NCBI GenBank assembly: GCA_977016875.1
Contig: CDRNST010000218.1
Coordinates: 1,178,001 to 1,242,000, forward strand
Length of the DNA: 64,000 nucleotides
DNA from: Pavona decussata
Taxonomy: Eukaryota
Direction: 5' to 3'
This document shows, one piece after another, positions 38,318 through 47,929 of the stretch. The translations under genes were made by a program, and so were the position numbers. The notes under the pieces were generated by a model, which searched no databases, was not told the DNA's origin, and saw only the letters and a program-made list of their open reading frames with translations. Positions within the stretch are counted from its first letter, which is position 1. Each line of letters begins with the position of its first letter.

Positions 38318-40214
38318 TTACTCGGGTTTCCCGGGTAGTTGAAGGAGGTGCTTGGCTGGATGGAGTGTAATCGGTGGCTCCACGCACATCTGCATGGCTT
38401 GGGGAAACCAAGCTTGTGTCGGCCAATTGGGCATGATAAGAATTCCTGATGCTCGGTCCTCCCGCACTTGCTGAAGAAATGCGCTGATTACACTGAATGG
38501 GGGAAAAGCATAGAATTTAAGATAGCGTAAGTTCAGTGAAAAAGCATCAACAGCAACTGCGCCTGGGTCAGGCTTAAACGATACATATTGAGGAAATTGA
38601 TTATTTAGTCGTGAGGCGATAAGGTCTATATTCGGGCGCAAGCTTAGTTTCAACGGTGCATTGTTTAGGGAGTCACTATCAAGCATCCATTCCGTGTTAT
38701 TGTTGATTCGTCTTGATTCGAAATCAGCCCTGATATTGCGAACCCCGGGGATGTGAGCAGCACTGAGCCATATGTTTTGTTCGATGCACCATTCCCAAAT
38801 TTCTTTCCCTAAATGGTTGCAAGGGTCTGAATGGCTAGTCCCCATGTGGTTTAGGACTGCTATTGTAGTTGTTATCAGTCAGAATTCGAAGGTGGGTGTT
38901 GTAATGTGTTTTACAAAAAGTTTGTAGGCCCTTGAACACTGCTAATAATTCGAGGTAGTTTATGTGATGCGATTTTTCCTCATCGGACCAAAACTCTCTA
39001 GTGCTTGTGTCATTGTAAACCGCCCCCCATCCACGCTGGGATGCGTCGGCGGTGAGGATGTTTGAGGGCTGTCCATGGGTTATGACATTATGGGAACTCA
39101 CGATGTTGTCCACCCACCACTGGAGTTCCCTTTTGCAACCTCCCGTTAAGGACATCAAACTGTCAAAAATGCCTTTGGCGGATTTTAGAGCTACGGTTTT
39201 AGTGTGTTCAAGGACTCTATAATGAAGTTGTCCATACATGACCCCAGGGAATGATGAGATAAGTTTTCGTATCACACAGACTACTTGTCGTATTGTCGGA
39301 AGGCCTTGTCCCAGAAGGGTGGCACAAGCTTCTTTAACTTTCAAGGCCTTTTCAGGGGTCAATGTGATAGTCATGGCAACTGAGTCGATAATAAAACCCA
39401 ATACAACCAAGCGTTGGGATGGGATAAACACAGATTTGTCTGGATGGATTGTAAACCCCAACAAATCAAATTGAATAAAGGTGTCAATCACGTTAGAGAC
39501 ACAAACATTGTATGTTCTCCCTCGGAGGTAAAGGTCATCGATGTAACTAGCTGATATGTGACCCTTTTTGTGTAACTCGGTAAGCGGCGGTTATAGCAAT
39601 TTTGTGAATTTCCTGGGGCAAGAAGATAACCCGTTGGGTAGGCACGTGAACTGATACAAAACATTTTTCCATAAGAAACGTAGGTATTTCCTATGCGAGG
39701 GATTCACGCCAACCGTATAATAAGCATCCTTGAGGTCTAGTGAGGCCATATAGCAATTTTATTCTACTAATCGCACTATTGACTGAAGTGTCTCCATTTT
39801 AAAATGGTGATAAGTGACCAATTTGTTTAATCCCTTGAGGTTTAGAATTAGTCTGTGGCCTCCATCTTTCTTAGGTCTAATAAAAATGTTGGAGATCACC
39901 TCATAAGGAGCATGAACTGTTGTTTCAATAATGTTTTTAGACAGCAGTTTTGCAACTTCACTGTCGATAATACCACTTTCTTCAACAGAGAAAGTAGATA
40001 GTGGGCGTTTAGTGTTCTACGGTAGGGTGTCAAATTCAATCGTTGCCCCTCTGACGGACGTCAGAATTTCCTTATCAGAGGTAATCATCTGCCAGTTGCT
40101 AATGTACTTGGTTATGCAACCGGCTCTAAAATAAGTGCATCTATTGTGCAAATATTCCTTGACATCACGTACCAAAGAGGGGAATTCACTTACCGATTTT
40201 CTAATGTTTTCCAA
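38318..40214 (-). pseudogene. DIRS pol: RT, RNase H and methyltransferase-like domain
   Basis: LDLKDAYY, LPNG, YIDD, ADAS..GWG, HINYLEL, ILTDN, IDL.ASRLN, DAF and YAFPPF. Confidence 0.9.
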
Positions 40215-40222
40215 AGATTGTA

Positions 40223-41405
40223 TTATGTCCTCGCAGTTCGGTTCTTGGAGAAGGTGGGTTTTTTCTGGCCCTTCCCCGAAAAAGGCTGCTTGTTCTCTCC
40301 AGCCCTGTAGTATCTGCCATTGTTCTTTTGTGGCTTGCGCTTATCATGATGGGAATTGTATGGGCGCGAAAAACGTGTCGCACCAGTTTTGCTTACGCCT
40401 ATGTCTCCCAATTTTGTTTGTATCTTTGGCATCACATACTTGATTTGCTAAGTCGGCCCCAAATAGCAGATCGGAACGACTGCTCGACCCGTTTGCCTGG
40501 GTGCAAAGCGAATGAAATTCGGGTTTAAGGGCTAGTTTAATCTGTTCTCGGCGTAAGCGGGAAAGTTCCCCAACAGCGTGTCCTAAGAGGGCAATGGCGT
40601 CCACGTTAGCAGCCAGTGTTTCCTTATCTGTGGTCGGTTGCTGAGTCATTAATATTATTTATCACATACTTTGAGAATGCCAAAGGTTGCTTTCTGTAAG
40701 ACTTTTATGTTGCTGACTGTCAGGTCGGCTTTGCGCCTAAAATTATTCAGTTGTTCCCAGATTTCTGGGTTGACTCTTAACATGGTTATGTCGGAGCAAT
40801 TTTCTGGTTTAACGTGTTTAGCCTGCAGTGGTTTTAGTTTGTCGCTGGGGAGGGTAATGCCCCAGCGTTTGGACGCTATGTAAGCCAAGCGTTGGTTTAT
40901 TTTGGCGCCAACAAGTTCATCGTCAATGAAGTCAGCCTCGAGAGACTTGAGAAGCCTGGCTTTGTCTTTGGCCGGCTCGACAGCTATTTTAGCTATCACC
41001 TCGACCTCTTTGGTGTTCCACTCCGCAAGGAGTTCAGTGATGTCTGCATCCGAGGGCGAAAGACTTAATTCGTCATCCTCGCGCCTTCATTTACTCCCGG
41101 TTTTACTTGACCTCTCGTGGTCGTTGTCTTCAGACTCAGAGTCGGTGCCTGAAAGGTCGTTGAGGCCATGCCGCCGTTTCTTTTCCCGCTTTGAGTCTTG
41201 GCGCACAACAATCGTTTGTAATAGAGAGGCCATTGTACCCATATTTACACTGATGTCGGAAAGCGTTTTTCGCTAGTGTTTCGCCAGGTTGGCTGTTAGA
41301 TGAACCTGTTTCAGCAGGGCGAGCAATCTCATGTTGAGAATTATTGCCATGTTGGCTGTCTGTTGGTTGGCTATTAGGGGCAAGTTCACCGTTGTCAGCT
41401 GACAT
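40223..41405 (-). pseudogene. DIRS ORF1 (gag-like)
   Basis: Colinear ORFs with PENC, VNPEIW, DAIALLGHA, RREQIK and LFG, located upstream of pol. Confidence 0.75.
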
Positions 41406-44400
41406 GATAATAATGTGACTAAGAGGTTACGGCAAAGCCTATGGATATAGTAAAAGGGCAAAGAAAATAAGAACAAATAGTTCATGGTTGCTTTTGTCGA
41501 ATATACTCACCACTAGGGTTCCGTTATGTTGGCTCTGAAAGCGAGCGTACAATGGCCCAATAAGCTAGCGCGCGTGCTTCTCATGGTACTCCGTAGTGAC
41601 GTAGGACTGATGACAGATAGAATCTGTAATTTTGCCTTTGATAATACTTGGAATTATTTCTTGCATGCAAATATTTGAGTTCTTAATATAAGTGGTCATC
41701 TCAGGTTTTGATGCCGTGCATGTTAATGTCGTCCACATACCATCAAGCACCGGTTTGTTTTCTCTGGGCAATTTTACCTTGGCTTGAGCACAAGACTTAG
41801 TATGGATGGGACCAAGTGCAGCTAGTGTCTTCTTTCTCCGTGGGAAGAACTGCTTCCTAGAAAGATTAAGCTTTTCACTGTTGGCTGTATGGATTTCACT
41901 TGAGATAGTGGCCCCTCTGTCATCATGTTTTTTTTCTTTTTGGCCTGATCACCACCATCATGATCATCCTCTACATTTTCCAATTCAGCAAGCTGTGTAT
42001 AAATAATTATGAAATTAATTCAAGCAAAATTATAGACAAATGGTTCAAAAGTAAAAATAAATATGAAAAGTAAGTATAATTGAAAAGGTAACCACAAGTA
42101 CTGTGTCAAGTCTGTAGATAAGATCATAGCCTCAACTCTCCTTACCTGAAGAGGTAAACAATGAGACTCCAAATTCAATGAGACAATAAATTTACACTTA
42201 GTTTGTTTTTAATTTGTCACCGAATCACTATACAAAGTCTATGATCTGTTAGTTTCATATAATTCAAGGGGGAACTTGGGCGTATTTGAATTGTTGACTC
42301 ATGCAATCAAAATGTTAAGCTTACTGAAAAATGATCTTATGATCACTATCACGTAGTCACAAGCTAGCAGCGATGATAAATAAAATGAAATGAACAATTA
42401 CCTTTTGCTTTCCTCTTCGAATACGTTCTTCAGTTTTATGAAGTTTCGACTTCAGAGCTTCAAGTTCTGTCGTTTTCTCAAGTAGTTGTGACCTCAGACT
42501 GCTTATTTTGGCATCACATTCAATTAAAGCTTGTGTTCTCTCTTTCCTTAGGCGGTTGTATTTGGCAAGCGGGAAGCGTTGTCTTCGGCCACTCGGGCCT
42601 AACCTAAAGGGACCCATAGATTTTTTTTTTCATTGGGATAAATACCATAAATATGTACATATTTAATAAGAATAGACATCGAAGAAACTTCATATGACTT
42701 TCGATTTTAATAAAAGTTTTTACATTAAGAGAAAATCATAATAGGACAGCACCACCTTGAACACTCTTCAGCTGAATATTCTGTTACAGTTTTGACTCCA
42801 ATCATAGTCAATTTCCCTGTAAAGTTTTCAATAAAATAGCCTCAATGTATATCAACAGAAAGCTACTGAACTGGAGAATCTGAAAAAAGGCGCCTTACTC
42901 GCTTGTATTGTACCCAGGCTACAAAATGTTCGGTTGAAACCGACCGGTTTTGCCTAAGGTCCATATTCTTGAACGCCCAGAAGCCTTTGCGCACTCACAT
43001 ACCGCCATCTTGAAAATGAAAGCCCACGCGCTGATGACCCATTAAAGGGGTGGTCTGGCCCCGATGTGAACATTCAATTAAGTCCCAAGACTTTCATTAA
43101 CGTCTTGCGAAATTCAAATTCGTCAAAGCAACTTTCATTTGCGTGCATTGTAAATTCAATAACATCAAAAGAAAGTTCTTTTGCGCGATCAGACATTTAT
43201 TTTAGTGAACAATATATTCAATAAAATTTTAAACCATGGCTAAACAGTCAATAGCATCAATGAACAACCAATACAATTTTGTTGATAATAGAGTTTCCCT
43301 GAACCCTAAAATAGGGACCTCGAAAAAAAATAGGGGGTGGGGAAAAGTATTCATGCCTCTATGAGTAACACATTTTCTGAAAGAATGGGATCCAGTTGAC
43401 ATTTCAAACTCTTACAACTCCTCCTATAAAGTGCACTAAGTTAATGTACCTCAATGCTCTGAGGGAAGCTGCTACTCTCTGCACAAGTGTTAGGCGCCTC
43501 ATCTTCACTCAATACTATTACATTAGTGGCTCTATAGATTAGAAATAACATCTCCATGAGAACTTGTATGGCCTATCGCAGCAATAGTGCCTATTACTTA
43601 AATTAATTTGCAAACTTTCCATGCACAGAAAATAAAGTTACCCTCACCTAACCCTTTATTGTGCATACTTACTGTGCAGAATATTGTGCATAATTAATTT
43701 TTTTGGAAAGGAAGAAAGAAATACCGAACACAGTGCACAAAATTGTTACTTGTGGAAGCAAATCATGACCTTGAAAATAATGACTCGAGTTTTTTGACAA
43801 GTATAATGTAAATAAACTTTGCTTTCAGCTACTGCAAAATATAACAGAAGTGATCAAATGACGCCCGTGGTTAGCCTTATTACAGACATAAATGGAGTAA
43901 GATTGGTTTTTGAGACCACCCCCACCCCCCTTGAAATTGCCAATGACCTATGGATATTACCTCTTTGCATGATTTTGTTGACTTTTTGATATTAAATAAA
44001 GACCACAATCTTAATGCCTCTTTTAAATGGTAACTAAATGAGGCAGCTACCCCACCTTTTTTGATCTCTCTCATCTAACAACACACTGAGCTGGTGAACA
44101 ACATCATTATGTTCACTCCTATCATCATCTACAAAAAATTTCACAACTGCCATAAGAATAAATGTCTCCTTTTTTGTGTATCACAATACATCACAATAAG
44201 TCAGTAGCATATAAAACGATTTTCTTGTGTGTTTTAGTTGGTGCATAATAATTATTTACAATAAGACTGACTCATTTCAACATGGTAAAGGTGGACAAAA
44301 AAAGCCACCACATTATGTTTTGAAGAAAATAATCGTTTATGATATCACATCCGATATCCCACAAATTCTTAGGTAATTTTCAAACAGTTTATGCATTAGT

Positions 44401-44889
44401 TAAAAGTCTTAAAACGTTGGTGATCACCTGACCTGAGAAGACCTAAAAACAGTAACCTTAATAGAATCTTTCACTTATCATCTTGAGCATTAAGAAAGCC
44501 AGGCAAGGAATCGTCTACAAAAAAAAAATAGTAAAGAAAATATCAAGGAAAGATTTGGTCTCCAACTTGCAAGTGCACGGATTCCAAAACTTACTCATAG
44601 GACAGAGATGCAAACGATAAAAAATTCAAATTTTCACTCACCATCCAGCGTGTCAGCCATCTTGCGCGACGAATAAATGCGCCTGCAGAACAGCTGATCA
44701 GCAGCATTTAAAAAGAAAAGATGGCGGAGATAGATCAAAACAACCAAGCTTTAGTTATCTTTTATTTTTCAAGGTAGGTAATTTAGGGTAGTCCATTTAG
44801 CAGTCCATTTTAAGGTAGTCCATTTCGGTAGTCCATTGGCGTAGACTGTGGACTGGGGGTCAGCGAAATGTACTGACCCACTCACAATC

Positions 44890-44970
44890 AGAACATCTCC
44901 TTTATCAGCATACTTGCTATTGCAAGTGGCAATTGGCTTAGAGAGTTTGACAGATGGCAAGAATGCTAAC
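44890..44970 (+). pseudogene. 3' end of the EnSpm transposase, resumed after the MULE
   Basis: QNISFISILAIASGNWLREFDRWQEC* continues the frame cut at 16933. Confidence 0.65.
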
Positions 44971-45810
44971 AATCTGGTATTATCAGGGTATAAACTGCCT
45001 TGTTGAACTTTGCTCAAAAAAAGTGTGGTAGGGTTAGGTCAGAAAATGTTTAGTCACTAAGTTTTCTTTTATTGAGTTTTAACAACTACTGGTAAACAAT
45101 AACTTCCACAGGGTTTGAGCCCGCTTTCTTGCCTCAGGAGACAATTTGCCCCTTGGCTGCACGCAAAGAGACAAACAGGCAGTATGAGGGGACACAAAGA
45201 ATTTTATTATAAATGTGCCTATAACTAAATGTTTCAATGCTACCCTGACAAAAAAAACATGAATGAGGCATGAAGCCATCATTCTTAGCTTAACAGAAGT
45301 AAAAAAACCAGGGGAAAGATCCCTGTAAACTTGAATCCTGCTTAAAATCTAAAATGAAACGGTTTTTCTACGAGCCTGCAGTGGCATGGTTGCTAACCAA
45401 AATAGCTTTGTTCATGCCTAGTCTTCCCAGTCTGACTGAAATCCAAGATGGCTGCCATTGTTGCTGTGCAGTGACTTCACCGTTTTTTTTTGTCCGTTGT
45501 AAAAAGCTAGCATTGTACTTGAACGATTTACGATTCAAAGCATTGCTGATGTTTTTGGCATTTAATGAGCTCGAGATTCATTGAAGGTAATAGTATTTTC
45601 ACAAATGCATTTCAGTGTCTTAATTTGCCCATTTATGTATGGTTCAGAAAACCTTCAAGAAAAAAGCTGTGAATTATGAATTCCAATGTATAGTGGAACT
45701 AGTTCCAGTTTGTGTGAGTACAAAACAGCCGGCTCAAAATTACATTTTTACTTACATTGTAAGCCAAGTTTGAATTGCTGAATAAAATAGAAATAAAGTA
45801 TGATAGGCTA

Positions 45811-47216
45811 ACCTTGCATAGGAAAAAAACAGAATTAAAATAGACTATTTTATACATATTTTGCAATGGAATAGAGTCTACCTGCAAAAATAGGAATAAA
45901 ATAGTATTTTAAATCTATTTTGCCATTTGTTCAAGGTTGTCATCGATAAAATGGGATTATAATAGCCTATTTTCTTCATATTTTCCAAAGGAACTAGCCA
46001 TAGTCAATCCTATGTGCAGAAAAATAGAAATAAAACAGTCTAATTTATTGCTATTTTACTGAGCAACAGTGATGTTTCAAATTAAAATAAGATTAAAATA
46101 GCCTGTTGAACAAGCTATTTTTCAGCTTGTTATGAAAAAATAGAAATAAAATACCCCACCTGGTTCAATCTTGCTTTAAAATAGGTTTAAAATAAAAGTA
46201 AAACCCCAATAAAATAGATGCTTTATTTTCCTTACCAGGTAAAATATAAATAAAATATAATTAAGTGTGAATAAAATAGTATAAAAATAGATGTGATAGG
46301 ATTAAAATCAGTGGCGGATCTAGAATTTTTTGAAAGTGGGGGCTGAACAAGAATACTAATCAGCGCGCGTAAGCGCGCCTCAGTAGCGTCTTAGGCGCTA
46401 CTTTCTAGGGGGGTCTGGGGGCATGCCACCCCACCCCCCCCCCCCGAAAATTTTGGTACTCTTACATGCAATCTGGAAAGAAAAATATCAGGATTCCATA
46501 TTGAATACAATTATAAGTTAGTTATAATGATGCATGGTTTGTGACTCTTCGCTCAAAAGTCACAACAGCCTTGTAAGAAACGAATGAAGAAATGGACTGA
46601 ATGCAATTGCACTATAACTGAAGGCTATGGCATTACTGTATAAGGACACTTAGCTTTGCATTATGGTGTAATTGCATTCATTTATCTCAACAAAATGACT
46701 TTAAGAGTCACTGCAGGGGATTGATAAATGTCATTCGTCGCTGGTTATGCTTGGCATAGTCATCAACGAATGCCGCATAATCCAAAGCTATCTCCTCGTA
46801 AATAAAGAGCAGCAACGGTGCGTTTAGGCGCTCTTCCCTCATGGTGCTTCGATAAACATTCTTCACAAAGTGCAATCATATGATGAATTTCTACGTTCCA
46901 CAGTTGCACTTGTGAGAGGGGCGATCAACAGCAGACGCAGAATTGTGTGGGTGTTTCAAAAGGATAATATTAACGTCTGTAAAGTTGAAAGCTTTTTCGC
47001 ACAACTTTTGTCATCCTATTAGCGAAAATTCATGCTTTAGCTAAAAAATCAAAAGCTCCAACAGACTGCTTACAAAATGATAAAATTATTGTACATTTGG
47101 ACCAAAAAAAAAACTCTGATGAGCTGAAAGGGGGGACCGGGCCCTCTCGCCCCCCCTAAATCCGCCCCTTAAAATAGCCATAAAATAGAAATAAAATAGG
47201 ACTGTTTTTGCAAGGG
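45811..47216. mobile_element. Probable non-autonomous EnSpm-like end or element with AAAATAG subterminal repeats
   Basis: Dense AAAATAG/CTATTTT repeats, a ...TTTTGCAAGGG terminus, and a weak ACCTTGCA match on the left. Confidence 0.35.
46309..47169. mobile_element. Non-autonomous hAT/Harbinger-like insert
   Basis: CAGTGGCGGATCTAG ... CTAAATCCGCCCCT termini, with a partial TAAAAT flanking duplication. Confidence 0.55.
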
Positions 47217-47929
47217 AATCCAGCTTTATGCACAAATGTGTAAATGTATTATAATTCATCTTCTAGTTTTAGCATTCCAATTTTTGCACGTTTTGAGTTG
47301 CCACCGACTCATTAATGGTTCAAGGTTTGGTTTAAGGTGACTCGACCCAGTTTTTCAGAGGCCATACCGATATTTTTCAATCGCCTTAAAAGTGTTTTAT
47401 TCCTTGTCCAATCACCATAAAATTTTCACCAGTAATTGGCGTTGGATTGAAATTTGTAAAAATGTAGTTTTAAGTAAAATCGATATTACTATGACAACAA
47501 TAAACAAACAAAATGGAAATTGATAAAAGTCGAATTTTCCGCAATCTAGACCCGCTACTAAAAATCTAACACTAGGATATTACAGTTTGGTGATTAGCAA
47601 ATAACCTCCGCGAGAAGTAAAAAATTCTGTATGTTTGAATTCAAATAAAACGTAAATATATTTCAAATCTCGTATTTTCAATAGCCGTGATAAATTATTT
47701 AATAAAAAGTTTAAAATAACTTCAGTTAATCTTGAGTAGCTTCAGAATGTTGCTTAATATCATATTTTGATGCTAGGAAAGTTTGGTGTATTTTCATTCT
47801 TGCGATCTTAAAAAACCAACCTGCTTTCTCAACACCTGTCTAAGTGCAACTATGTTCTAAATCTTGACTTTTAGCGCTTTTTTGTATATCTCTGAAACTA
47901 CTCGAACAAATTCTTTTAAAATTAAATCC

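Larger units (their letters stand above)
36759..41622 (-). mobile_element. DIRS1-type retrotransposon, structurally complete
   Basis: Non-identical inverted termini (from 41622 inward and about 36806-36875). The internal complementary region 36947-37075 matches both ends. No TSD; ATT is shared at the junctions. Confidence 0.93.
23226..42964 (-). pseudogene. RAG1/Transib/Chapaev-like DDE transposase, intron-containing, split by DIRS, Tc1-like and Harbinger inserts
   Basis: Pieces 42964-42402, 41992-41623, 36758-36313, 35769-35591, 32347-31295 and 23440-23226 rejoin in frame at each insert junction (ITD|YEH, GHV|VEF, PFS|VSY) and at phase-matched introns. Motifs: GVYRPL, AIGA(G)GAPFGKD, LLMGATCAED, SDMKW, EPLH, FTGLES, PYH, GLNSMQGQEAKH. 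Confidence 0.7.
21826..43068 (-). mobile_element. CAC...GTG-terminated two-gene DNA transposon with a RAG1/Transib/Chapaev-like transposase (about 5 kb after removing four nested inserts)
   Basis: 33-bp TIRs CACGCTGGGGCCAAACCACCCCTCCAATGGGTC versus reverse complement CACATCGGGGCCAGACCACCCCTTTAATGGGTC. 3-bp TSD AAC at 21823-21825 and 43069-43071. Confidence 0.8.
16934..44879 (-). mobile_element. Mutator/MULE DNA transposon (about 6.5 kb of its own sequence plus nested inserts)
   Basis: TIRs GGGTCAGTACATTTC...(AATGGACTAC)n...CCTTGAAAAATAAAA at both ends. Exact 10-bp TSD ACTCACAATC at 16924-16933 and 44880-44889. The host EnSpm frame EQGTHN|QNISF is restored on removal. Confidence 0.92.

Noticed and set aside
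38318-38845. Stand-alone DNA adenine methyltransferase
   Set aside because: This is the methyltransferase-like domain routinely found at the end of DIRS1 pol.
16934-44879. 28-kb giant cargo-carrying MULE
   Set aside because: About 21.5 kb is explained by nested elements with their own TIRs and TSDs; the native element is about 6.5 kb.
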